From the NCBI GenBank assembly GCA_017624275.1, contig JAGANG010000010.1, forward strand, positions 14,359-78,358: DNA of 64,000 nucleotides, given 5' to 3'. The notes beneath the pieces were generated by a model, which saw only the letters and a program-made list of their open reading frames with translations, was not told the DNA's origin and did not search any database. Made by a program: the position numbers and the translations under genes. Source of the stretch: Spirochaetales bacterium (lineage in GTDB: Bacteria > Spirochaetota > GWE2-31-10). Shown one piece after another: positions 46,409 to 56,382 of this stretch; position 1 is the stretch's first letter; each line of letters starts with the position of its first letter.

Positions 46409-47081
46409 AAATAATTATTTACTAATAGAAAACTACATGAAGAAATGTATGAGCGATGCAGCACATGATCAGGAACATGTTTACAGAGTTTTATTTATGG
46501 CGTTAGAAATTGCCCGTTTTGAAAATGATGTAAATCATGACGTTCTGATTACTGCGTCGTTACTTCATGATATCGGGCGTGACGAGCAACTGAAAGATCC
46601 TAGTGTTTGCCATGCAAAAGTAGGTTCAGAAAAGGCGTATTGCTTTCTTATCGAAAATGGTTTTGATGAAAACTTTGCAAATCATGTGAAAAGCTGCATT
46701 TTGACTCATCGCTACAGAAAAAATACGCCGCCGCAGACAATTGAGGCAAAGATTCTTTTTGATGCCGACAAAATAGATGTTGCCGGACTTTGCGGAATAG
46801 CCAGAACTTTATTGTATAAAGGAAATGTCCAGGCTCCGCTTTATATTGTGAATGACGGGAAAATTTCCAAAGGCGACGGCGTCGGTGAGGTTTCATTTTT
46901 TCAAGAGTACAAATATAAACTAGAAAATATTTATGATCGTTTTTTTACCGAACGAGGGCGACAAATAGCTGCAAAACGGCGTAAAGACGCTGAGATTTTT
47001 TATAATAATCTTTACGGTGAAGTTTCAGAATTTTATGAGTCCGGCAATGAAATGTTATTTTCAATGCTGGGAAAAGATTAG
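46401..47081 (+). CDS. HD-domain phosphohydrolase
   Basis: HDQEHVYRV and LLHDIGRDE metal-binding motifs. 8-nt overlap with the FemAB-family gene. Confidence 0.75.
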   Translation: MTKNNYLLIENYMKKCMSDAAHDQEHVYRVLFMALEIARFENDVNHDVLITASLLHDIGRDEQLKDPSVCHAKVGSEKAYCFLIENGFDENFANHVKSCILTHRYRKNTPPQTIEAKILFDADKIDVAGLCGIARTLLYKGNVQAPLYIVNDGKISKGDGVGEVSFFQEYKYKLENIYDRFFTERGRQIAAKRRKDAEIFYNNLYGEVSEFYESGNEMLFSMLGKD

Positions 47082-47132
47082 CAACTCGATTTTTTTGATG
47101 TTAAATATTGACAAAAAACTTTCCTTGTTATA

Positions 47133-47158
47133 AGAGTTAGTTAGTACTAACTAACTCT
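47133..47158. promoter_or_regulatory. Perfect 26-bp palindrome overlapping a candidate promoter; candidate repressor operator
   Basis: AGAGTTAGTTAGT|ACTAACTAACTCT. TTGACA at 47108-47113 and TATAAG at 47129-47134 (15-nt spacer) lie immediately upstream or overlapping. Confidence 0.55.
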
Positions 47159-47236
47159 AGTTTAGAAACTTCTATTTCCACCATTCGAATAGAATAATTC
47201 TTAAAAGTTACTTGTGTGAATATTTTTACTCTTTAT

Positions 47237-47254
47237 AGTTAGTTGGTGCTAACT
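47237..47254. promoter_or_regulatory. Second copy of the operator half-sites (AGTTAG-N6-CTAACT)
   Basis: AGTTAGTTGGTGCTAACT shares AGTTAGTTnGTnCTAAC with the 47133 palindrome. It lies 13 nt upstream of the AAGGAG RBS. Confidence 0.45.
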
Positions 47255-47278
47255 TTTTTCTGTAAAAAGGAGTTTTTT

Positions 47279-47830
47279 TTGTTGGAAAATTTACTTGCTT
47301 ATCATTGCGGGCCGGCTCTTGCGGGAATAAAGCCGGCTAATATAGTTGCTTGTCAGAAGCTTCGTTTTTCGGATTTACATTCAAAAATTATCAAACTGAA
47401 TAATGAATTAAACAAGACAAATATCTATATAGAAATATTGTGCGAATGCGAATCAATGATGTTGCTGATTGTTTACCGTAAGAATGTTTTAGAAAAACAT
47501 TTGCAATGCAAAGAAAATCAGAATTTTCTGAAAACCTACGGATATTCGGAAAATATGCAGATTGATCAGCAGTTGGCAAAATTGAAAACTCGTTTCAGAG
47601 AAAATGGATTTCCCCATGAAGTCGGAGTTTTTTTAGGTTATCCGCTTCATGATATTTATGGATTTATAAATCACAGAGATGACGGTTGTTTATTTACCGG
47701 AGATTGGAAAGTTTACCAAGATGTAGAAACAGCCAAGAAATTATTTCTGCGATACAAAGCTTGTAAAAAAGCAATTTTAAAAAGAGTAACGAGCGGAGCT
47801 ACGTTAGCTCAAATATTTTGTGCTGCATAG
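47279..47830 (+). CDS. DUF3793-family protein (probable TTG start)
   Basis: LENLLAYHCGPALAGIKPANIV N-terminus typical of DUF3793. AAGGAG at 47267-47272. The track's 47243 start is also TTG and has no RBS. Confidence 0.65.
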   Translation: MLENLLAYHCGPALAGIKPANIVACQKLRFSDLHSKIIKLNNELNKTNIYIEILCECESMMLLIVYRKNVLEKHLQCKENQNFLKTYGYSENMQIDQQLAKLKTRFRENGFPHEVGVFLGYPLHDIYGFINHRDDGCLFTGDWKVYQDVETAKKLFLRYKACKKAILKRVTSGATLAQIFCAA

Positions 47831-47888
47831 TCGGGATTTGAAATTATTAAATTGATAATTTTTTATAGAAAATAATAAGGAGATTAAC

Positions 47889-48320
47889 ATGGGTAAAATT
47901 GTAATTGTTTATTGGAGCGGAACGGGCAACACGGAAGCTATGGCTGGGGCAATACTTGAGGGAGCAAAGTCGCAAAATTCGGATACAAAATCTTTTAATG
48001 TTTCGCAGATTTCGGCAGATGAAGCAGCAAATTACGATACATTGATTTTAGGCTGTCCGGCAATGGGAGCAGAAGTTTTGGAAGAAGCAGAATTTGAACC
48101 CTTTTTTACTGATTTGGAAAGTAAGCTTAACGGAAAAAATGTTGCATTGTTCGGTTCTTTCGGCTGGGGCGACGGAGAATGGATGCGAATTTGGGAAAAA
48201 AGAGTTACTGATGCCGGCGGTAAACTTATAAACGGAGAAGGTTTGATGATTCATGAAACTCCCGATGACGAAGGATTGGCAAAGTGTCGTGAATTTGGCG
48301 AAATAGCTGCTAAAATATAG
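47889..48320 (+). CDS. Short-chain flavodoxin
   Basis: IVYWSGTGNTEAMA FMN phosphate-binding loop. 143 aa. Confidence 0.9.
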   Translation: MGKIVIVYWSGTGNTEAMAGAILEGAKSQNSDTKSFNVSQISADEAANYDTLILGCPAMGAEVLEEAEFEPFFTDLESKLNGKNVALFGSFGWGDGEWMRIWEKRVTDAGGKLINGEGLMIHETPDDEGLAKCREFGEIAAKI

Positions 48321-48324
48321 TCAT

Positions 48325-48358
48325 AAAAAAAAGGCTGTTTGTAAAAACAGCCTTTTTT
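48325..48358. terminator. Bidirectional rho-independent terminator between convergent flavodoxin and recC
   Basis: Stem AAGGCTGTTT / AAACAGCCTT, loop GTAA, flanked by A and T runs. Confidence 0.75.
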
Positions 48359-48369
48359 AAATAAATAAT

Positions 48370-51300
48370 TTAACACAAATTGCATTTAAATTTTTCGGGA
48401 ATATCTTTCCAAAAACGCCGTAAAACTTTATCTCTTGCATCTTGCGGAATTTTAGGATTTGAAAATTTTAATGAAATTGAGAATTTATCCGCTATTGTCG
48501 AACCGTTATTTGACTTGTTTATTTCTTTTTCTAACGCATCAACATAGTCTGCATTATCTGTTGTTGCCGGCATTTTATTAAATACGGCTTCCAATGGCAG
48601 CAAATCATAATCACAATTCATAATGTATTCATTTATAATTCCGGTCAGAAAATTTGTTGCATTGTTAGATTCAGCTTCGATATAATGCAAAGTTTTTCCT
48701 GTAAACCAAAAAATTTTTACGGTGTAATCTCGTGCAGTTTCATGTTGCATAAGAAAACCGGCAAATAAATATGCTTTTAAAAGTTGCAGAAAACAATTGT
48801 AATTATTTTCTCGTTGCCCCGGCAAAACTAACGCTATCAGCCGGTTTTCTTCCGATACCAAACAGTGATTCCATTTTCCGCTGAGTGAAATATTTTCCCA
48901 CTTTGCATTCAGTCGATTCCACAATTTTTGTTTACCTGAATAAAAATTAATTTCGCCGGCATAAGAAATTTTACCGACTTGAGCGATTATTTCTTCACTT
49001 TGTGTTTTTAGTTGTGAAAAAATACTCTCGATGGAATCTGAATATTTTTCGTTTAGCAATTCTCCGAAAACAGCCTCCGGGAAAAAACCAGAAACTTGTG
49101 AATTATGAAATTTTTGTTGTACATAACCGGCAATGTTATTATTACAAAGATATTGCCAATGCAATTCACCGGCAGTATTGCTTTCGTAATAATTATTATC
49201 ACCGGCAAAATTTTCGTATTCTTTGTCATAACGAGAGTCTTTTGCTGTAAAATCCACATATTTACTGATAGAAAGTTCTTTTCTTATTCGTTCTTCTGCC
49301 GGATTTTTCAAAAATAATTCTAAATCGTACAAAGAAATTTCTTCAATATTTCTGCAAAGATTTGATTTTTCAAGTTCTTTAAATGTACTGAGACTTTTTT
49401 TAATTTCTTCTAATTCTGTAGAAGATGATTTTTCTTTATCTTTACCGAATAATTTTTTGCACAAACTTGTATATGAAAGTTCGGGGTAATCATTGCGAAT
49501 TTTTTTGTGATTATCGGTTTTGTTATCATTCGACAATAAATACGCATAACCGATTTCTCGCCGTTTATCACTGTGACATCCGTAAATATCATTAGGAGTT
49601 TGCTGTGAAAAATTATTAAGCGGAATTTTCAAATTATCTGTACTTTCCCAAAGAATGTCTGCTTGTGCAATTTGAAAATCATTACACCAACTTTTTACTT
49701 CACGCATAAGTTGTGTCAAAACCGGCGATGGATATTGTTCTTGATCTTTTGCTAAGTCTTGCGATACATAAGACAAATACAATTTATTACGAGTAGCCAG
49801 TAACAATTCTAAAAATAAATAATTATCATTTTCGCTGTTTGTCAAATCGCCTTGTAATTTCTTCACATTACGTAAATCGAGAGTAGATTTGTCGCTGTGC
49901 CGAGGAAAATCTTTTTCTCCCAAGCCCATTATATAAACTATCTTGAAAGGAACCGGCTTCATCGGAGTCATTGCAGAAATTGTAATTCCGCCGGTAAGAT
50001 AACGCCCGCGACGAACCGGCATTTCACTGATGTGTGTTTTCAAAAATGACAAAATGTAAATCATATCCCATTTTCGTTTGTTTCCGGATTGTGAGTCTTC
50101 AAACAAGGCGTCAAATCGTTCTAATGAGTTTAAAAGCTGTTCAAGATTTTGCTTTACCGGCATTTCTTCGTTTTGCAAATCTTCCGGGATTTCTAAAAAG
50201 CGGTCAATAAATTTGTTGATTAAGCATTTCCATTCTTCCCCGGTATGCATTTGTTGCATTTCTTTGAAGATTTTGAACAAATCTTCCATTGTACTGCAAA
50301 ATAATTCCAGCTCTTCATTGCTTCCCAACGGAGCAGGATTAATTTCCGGATTAATATTTATATTTTCCGGATTTTCTCCCATTAAGCGTCCTATTCTCAA
50401 ACGGCGTAAGGCATTTTTCCATGTAAAATATAATGTTTCGCCTGTACTGTAATTTGCTTTATCCGTTTTGTCGTAACAATAAAAAACGTTAAGTTTATCA
50501 ATCCATTCCAGCCATTGCTCAAAAGTATGTTTAGATGTATGAGTAGCTGCAAAACAAGGATTTTGCCAAAGTCGTACAATTTCCGGACGAGTAAAAGAAC
50601 CCACTGCGGTTTGTAAAGCACAAATCAATGCATTGGCAAAAAGGCTTTCTGTTCCGGCGTTAATATTACTTAGATTGTAATGCAAACCGCATCCGACTTC
50701 ATAAAAAACACTTCGTAAATGTTGTTGGTAAATATCCATGTCGGGTACAAGAATCGCAATATCGGTTTGTGATAAGGTCGGATCTGCTTGTAAATTGGCG
50801 AGGATATTATCCACAACGGTTTCAACTTCACGACGCAAAGACGGCGAACCGAATATTTGCAAAGAACAATCCGGTTCTATATTGCTGTCCGGTCTTTTTT
50901 TATTCAAAATTGAAGATTTTAAATGACCGAGAACGTTGTCGGATTGTTCGTAATCACTTTTAAAATATTCAGTAGTTACTTTTGTATTTAAACAAGAATC
51001 TTTGAAAACTTTGAAATTTTCACTGAAAGTTTTTCCCCAGTTGCGAACAAGTTCATTTGATTCGCTTTTTTGTAAATCAAAATTGTCGCTGTCCCAAGGA
51101 AGTTGCGGATTGTTACGAAATGCTCCGAAAAAGTTTTGCTGGAAAATATGAAAATCATAATGTTTTTGCAAATGAACGATTAATTTAAAATGGAATGCGG
51201 ATATTTGTGACAATCCGAAAATAAAAACTTTTTTCTTATTATCCGGAGTGGGCAATAAATCAATTTCGTGCAATTTGTTTTCGGCATAAAGCGGCAAAGT

Positions 51301-51919
51301 TGTATAAACGCCGTCTTTGCCGTATTTTTTTTGTAAGGCAATCATCGTCACAAAAAATCTTTCGATATATTGCTCGCTGGCAACGTTCCATTTTAACGGT
51401 AGATTCTTTTTCTCCGACAAAGAAATCTTTATTTTGTCGCCAAGCATCAATCATTTGTGAACGTTGATATTCATATTCTCTAAAATAATAAGCTAATTTC
51501 TCTGCAAGTTGCCAAAGTCTGGTTTGTGCATCTTTACCGGTAGATTCATCGCCTAAATATCTGTAAACCGGTTGCATATCGGGATTATTTTTCCCGTTTT
51601 CCAGTACGGAAAGCACCATTAATTGCAAATCGATTTGTCGCTCATTGTCACCGAGAAAAATATATTTTTTATTGTCATCTTCTTTATTGCTGCATTCTTT
51701 AAGCAATGTGATTAATGTTTTTTCAAGATAGCTCAAGTCAAGATTTGCACAAATCTCATTTTCTTTGGCTATTTCAAGTTGGAGCCAACGTTTTACGTTG
51801 ATATTTGGAACTATTATTCGTTGAGGAATAAAAATGTCTTGATTGTCTTGGTTTAATTCTTTGAACAAAAGACTTTTCATGGAATCAACAGAATCTGCGT
51901 AATGAAAAAGTATTCCCAT
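48370..51919 (-). pseudogene. recC: RecC-like exodeoxyribonuclease V gamma subunit, reading frame interrupted by a 1-nt frameshift
   Basis: The N-terminal ORF 51919..51260 (IPQRIIVPNINVKRWLQLEIA..., RecC-type start) and the C-terminal ORF 51450..48370 (KVFIFGLSQISAFHFKLIVHLQKHYDFHIF...) overlap by 191 nt in different frames. Removing one base in either homopolymer (51325-51332 or 51352-51357) fuses them. Confidence 0.75.
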
Positions 51920-51998
51920 ATTTTCCTCCGGAATAAAATGTGGTTATACATATTTTTCCGAATATTAACCAGATGATTTTAGCCTTTTGAACAAAGAT

Positions 51999-52026
51999 AA
52001 AAAAACCGAGAAATAAATTCTCGGTT
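51999..52026 (-). terminator. Rho-independent terminator after the hemerythrin gene (minus strand)
   Basis: Minus-strand stem AACCGAGA / TCTCGGTT followed by a T run (A7 at 51999-52005 on the plus strand). Confidence 0.65.
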
Positions 52027-52036
52027 ATAGAAAAAC

Positions 52037-52498
52037 TTATTTTTGACTTTTGCGTTCTCTGTAATATTCTAAAATGCTTTTGACATAAAGCTTGTCTTCA
52101 TGTGCGATATGTCCCAAAATCCAGTCATATAAAAAACGAACAAATTGAAGAGCCGTAGAAAAAGTGGCTTTGTTAAATTCATGAGTTGTATTTAAAACTT
52201 TGTGTATAAAATCTTCATGAGCTCTTTTGTGCGTCGCATAATTTTCATATCCGGCGGCACGCATAATAGCTTCCTCGTCATGAAAATGAGTTTTTACATA
52301 GTCGACGCATTCACGCAATGTATCTGTAAGAGACGCCTGCCAATCTGCTTTTTCCGCAGCTTTACTTTTCATGAGTCCTTCGTAAAGAGTATTACAAAGG
52401 CTGACAAGTTTTTTATGTTGATTGTCGATTACCGGGATTCCCAGTTCAAATTTCGGATCCCATGCAATATATATTTTTCCGCTTTCTTCCGGTACCAT
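52037..52498 (-). CDS. Bacteriohemerythrin-like metal-binding protein
   Basis: IDNQHKKL, HFHDEE, HKRAHEDF and GHIAHEDK His/Glu/Asp ligand pattern. Confidence 0.85.
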   Translation of the reverse strand: MVPEESGKIYIAWDPKFELGIPVIDNQHKKLVSLCNTLYEGLMKSKAAEKADWQASLTDTLRECVDYVKTHFHDEEAIMRAAGYENYATHKRAHEDFIHKVLNTTHEFNKATFSTALQFVRFLYDWILGHIAHEDKLYVKSILEYYRERKSQK

Positions 52499-52615
52499 AT
52501 GATTCTCCTTTAGTATAAAAATAATATGTAATCATTACAAAAATGAGCTTACTATAATAAAAAATATTATGATGTCAAGCAATGTAAAAAACGTTATTTC
52601 TCGGTTTGATTATAT

Positions 52616-53437
52616 TTAGAAAATATAATTTTTTTCTATAAAATTTGCGACTCCGTGATTCATATTACTTTCTATTATTCCTGTTGCGACTTTTTTTATT
52701 TCCGGATGAGCATTTTCTACAGCATAAAAATCATCACATGCTTTTAACAGCGGCAAGTCGTTCATGTTGTCGCCGAATCCTATTAATTTGTCCGGTTTTA
52801 ACATTGAGCGAAGTTTGTTGGCTGCATGAAATTTTGAAGCTTTGCTGCTTGCGATTTCTAAAAAGCAATATCCGGGATTGTAAATGTCTTCATAAAAAAA
52901 CAAGTTCAAGTTCAAATCATTTTTCAATTCATTATAAATGGGAAGCAATTTTTGAGATGTGTTGCAAATACAAAAGTAGATAGCTTTTTCTGTATGCGGA
53001 ATGTCAAAAAATGACGGAATATGAATAAAAGTTTTTCTTTCTCGACGTGCGTTATAAAAAGTCTTCATCGGTGCGACAGTAAATTTTTCGTACCATGCAG
53101 TCATTTTATTATTCCAAGTATAAATAAAACCCGTTACGTCGTGTTTTTTTAAACAAGCCAAAACATTTTGCACGGCATTGTCCGGAATACTTTCTAAATC
53201 AATCGGTATTTTTTTATCAAGATCGTAAATCATTACGCCGTTCATTAAAATTATCGGGCAATTTATATTTACTCCGTCTAATAAGGGAATTACCGTGGCA
53301 AAAGTTCTGGCTGTCGCAATTGTAAAAAGCAATCCGGATTTAATTAATTCATTTATTTTAAACTTATCGTTATCGGGGAAAATTCCGCAGTTGTCTAATA
53401 ATGTTCCGTCTAAATCGCTTATATACAAAAATTTCAT
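52616..53437 (-). CDS. Cof-type HAD-IIB family hydrolase
   Basis: ISDLDGTLL motif I, TARTF and GDNMNDLPL motif IV. Confidence 0.85.
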   Translation of the reverse strand: MKFLYISDLDGTLLDNCGIFPDNDKFKINELIKSGLLFTIATARTFATVIPLLDGVNINCPIILMNGVMIYDLDKKIPIDLESIPDNAVQNVLACLKKHDVTGFIYTWNNKMTAWYEKFTVAPMKTFYNARRERKTFIHIPSFFDIPHTEKAIYFCICNTSQKLLPIYNELKNDLNLNLFFYEDIYNPGYCFLEIASSKASKFHAANKLRSMLKPDKLIGFGDNMNDLPLLKACDDFYAVENAHPEIKKVATGIIESNMNHGVANFIEKNYIF

Positions 53438-53523
53438 ATTTCCTCATTTGTAAAATTGATTGAAAAAAGTTTATTACGACCGTTGCCGATAATACAAAAA
53501 ATATTTTTGGAGTGTTGCATATT

Positions 53524-56313
53524 ATGAAAAAAATTCTTTTGGTTGATGCTTTTGGGCTGATTTTTCGTTCTTATTACGCCTTTTTTACTCGACCGTTGAC
53601 AAATAAATCGGGAGAAAATATTTCTGCCGTTCACGGTTTTTTTAATGCGTTATTTTCATTATTGAAGAAGGAAAAGCCGGATTTTGTATTGATTGCATTG
53701 GAAGGCAAAGGAAAATGTTTTCGCTACGAAATTTACCCGGAATACAAAGCCAACCGACAGGCAACTCCCGAAGACTTAAAAACTCAAATTGTAAAAATTG
53801 CAGATTTAATAAATAAAATGGAGATTCCGTGTTTTTCTCAGGAAGGTTTTGAGGCTGATGATGTGATAGGAACATTGGCTGAAAATTACGGAAAAAATGA
53901 TGACTGTGAAGTGTGGATTTTTTCGTCGGATAAAGATTTGCGTCAGTTGGTAAAAAATAATGTAAAGCTTTGCCGCCCGGATCCTAAAACCGGAGAATAT
54001 ATTTTATACGGACGTGACGAAATTTTTGCGGATATGGGAATTTACCCGGAACAAGTAGCTGATTATTTGGCGATTACCGGAGATAAATCGGATAATATTC
54101 CCGGTGTAAAAGGACTGGGAGAAAAAGGGGCGGCAACGCTGCTGGGAAAATGGCAGTCGTTGGAAAATATCTATGAGCATTTAGCTGAGATTACGCCGGC
54201 AGGTACACAGAAAAAATTAGCCGAAGACAAAGAAAACGCTCTTTTAAGTAAGAAATTGACTACAATTTGTACCGATGTTCCTTTGAATTTGGATGAGAAT
54301 TCTTTGTCGTCACGTCCTATAAACTTGGAAGCTGTACTTGAAGATTTAGAAAAAGACAGTTTGAAAACTATTATTTCCCAGATTAAAACATACAATAAAG
54401 AGCGTTTTCAGATTACTTTTTCAAACGAAACATTTAAAGAAATCGAAAAAAGCGAGCCGGAAACAGAAAAGACTGAACTTAATACAAAAGATTTCAGATT
54501 GGCTGCTACGTATTCGGTTATTGCAGAGCTTGCAGGGAAAATTCGTGCTGCTAAAAAGTTTGCATACGATTTGGAAACTACGGGATTTGATTTTAATAAT
54601 GAAGAACTTATTTGTATGAGCATTGCAGTTCCGAATGTGGACAACGAACCGGAAACTTTTGTCGTTCCGTTTAATTTGTCTTTGTCGCAACGTGCGGAAG
54701 CCGGAATTTCGGAACTGCTGACAGCTGAGGAGATAATGCAAACTTTGGCTCCTGTTTTTACCGATAAGTCGATTTTGAAAATCGGGCATAATATAAAGTT
54801 TGATAATAAATTTTTGTATCGATTCGGAATTAATGAGATTGCACCTCTTTTCGATACAATGTTGGCAGAATATTGTATTGACAGTGCGTCACCGACATTA
54901 GCATTGAAAGATATGGCTGAAAACTATTTAAAAATGAAAGTAATTCATTATGAAGATGTTGTTGCTCAGCCTAAAAAGCAAACGTTACTTGATGTCCCTT
55001 TTGATAAGCTTTTTGTGTATTCTGGACAAGATTCGTATTTGACTTTGAAATTGTATCAAATGCTTGAAGATAAAATTTTTCAGGATTCTCAAAGAATTCA
55101 TCTGTTTTATGATATTGAAATGCCCCTTGTCCAAGTGCTTTCGGATATGGAAATGGCAGGTATCGGTGTAAATGCAAATCACTTGCATGAGCTGGCGAAA
55201 AAAATGGATGAAGAAATTGCAATTCAACGGGAAAAAATGTTCGACATTGCAGGGTATGAATTTAATCCTAATTCGCCGTTGCAGCTGCGTAAACTTTTGT
55301 TTGAAGATTTAGGTTTGCAACCGGATAAAAAAACAAAGTCCGGTGCTTCTACAGATGTAGAAGTTTTGAAAAAATTAAGCTTTTTCCATCCGTTGCCGGG
55401 AATTTTATTGGACTACAGAACTTTCAGTAAAATAAAGTCTACATACACTGAAAATCTTGTGGAAATGATAAATCCGCAAACCGGGCGAATTCATACTACG
55501 TATCTTCAAACCGGAACTCAAACCGGGCGACTTTCCAGTAAAGATCCTAATTTGCAAAATATTCCGATTCGCAGTTCAATCGGCCGTGAAATCAGGCATG
55601 CGTTTGTTCCTCAATCCGGGTGGAAACTTATGAGTGCCGATTATTCTCAAATCGAAATTTTTCTGTTAGCGGAATTTTCTGAAGATAAAATCTTGCAAAA
55701 GGCGATTATTAACGGTGAAGATATTCACGCCGGAACTGCGGCGATTTTGTTTGATAAACAGTCAGCAGAAGTTTCTAAGGAAGAACGAATGATTGCAAAA
55801 ACAGTTAATTTCGGAATATTATACGGGCAGTCGGCGTTTGGATTGGCAAATGAATTGCAGATTTCCAGAACTCAAGCAATGAATTTTATTGAAAAATATT
55901 TTGAGAATTACAGCGGAGTAAAACGTTACATTGAGAAATTGAAAGAGTTGTGTCGCCAAAACAGTTATTCTTCAACATATTGGGGACGACATCGAACAAT
56001 CAGGGAAATTCACGAGAAAAATAAAAATATTCGTGAAAACGGCGAACGTATGGCTGTAAACTCTGTAATACAAGGAACTGCAGCGGATTTGATAAAACAG
56101 GCGATGATTCGTGCCGTTGCTGAAATAAAAAAGCAAAAATTACAATCACGATTGTTATTGCAGGTACATGACGAATTGATATTTGAAGTTCCGCCGGAAG
56201 AACTTGAAGTAATGAAAGAGCTTGTTCGTTGTGCAATGGAAAATGATTTCGGATTTAAATTGCCGCTGAAAACCAGCATTGAAGTCGGCGACACGTGGGG
56301 TGAAATGCACTAG
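53524..56313 (+). CDS. polA: DNA polymerase I (5'-nuclease, 3'-5' exonuclease-like and polymerase domains)
   Basis: LLVDAFGLIFRSYYA 5'-nuclease start, YDLETTG Exo I, ADYSQIEI motif A, RMIAKTVNFGILYG motif B, QVHDELIFE motif C. ATG 53524 follows GGAG. Confidence 0.95.
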   Translation: MKKILLVDAFGLIFRSYYAFFTRPLTNKSGENISAVHGFFNALFSLLKKEKPDFVLIALEGKGKCFRYEIYPEYKANRQATPEDLKTQIVKIADLINKMEIPCFSQEGFEADDVIGTLAENYGKNDDCEVWIFSSDKDLRQLVKNNVKLCRPDPKTGEYILYGRDEIFADMGIYPEQVADYLAITGDKSDNIPGVKGLGEKGAATLLGKWQSLENIYEHLAEITPAGTQKKLAEDKENALLSKKLTTICTDVPLNLDENSLSSRPINLEAVLEDLEKDSLKTIISQIKTYNKERFQITFSNETFKEIEKSEPETEKTELNTKDFRLAATYSVIAELAGKIRAAKKFAYDLETTGFDFNNEELICMSIAVPNVDNEPETFVVPFNLSLSQRAEAGISELLTAEEIMQTLAPVFTDKSILKIGHNIKFDNKFLYRFGINEIAPLFDTMLAEYCIDSASPTLALKDMAENYLKMKVIHYEDVVAQPKKQTLLDVPFDKLFVYSGQDSYLTLKLYQMLEDKIFQDSQRIHLFYDIEMPLVQVLSDMEMAGIGVNANHLHELAKKMDEEIAIQREKMFDIAGYEFNPNSPLQLRKLLFEDLGLQPDKKTKSGASTDVEVLKKLSFFHPLPGILLDYRTFSKIKSTYTENLVEMINPQTGRIHTTYLQTGTQTGRLSSKDPNLQNIPIRSSIGREIRHAFVPQSGWKLMSADYSQIEIFLLAEFSEDKILQKAIINGEDIHAGTAAILFDKQSAEVSKEERMIAKTVNFGILYGQSAFGLANELQISRTQAMNFIEKYFENYSGVKRYIEKLKELCRQNSYSSTYWGRHRTIREIHEKNKNIRENGERMAVNSVIQGTAADLIKQAMIRAVAEIKKQKLQSRLLLQVHDELIFEVPPEELEVMKELVRCAMENDFGFKLPLKTSIEVGDTWGEMH

Positions 56314-56318
56314 AAAAC

Positions 56319-56362
56319 AAAAAAAACTGACGGTTACGATTATTGTTTCCGTCAGTTTTTTT
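56319..56362. terminator. Bidirectional rho-independent terminator between convergent polA and the amylase gene
   Basis: Stem CTGACGG / CCGTCAG with a 15-nt loop, flanked by A8 and T7. Confidence 0.7.
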
Positions 56363-56382
56363 GTTTTAAGCCAAATTGAGTT

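Noticed and set aside
48370-51919. Treating 51260..51919 and 48370..51450 as two separate genes.
   Set aside because: The two pieces are the contiguous N- and C-terminal parts of one RecC-type protein and overlap by 191 nt. This is a single interrupted gene.
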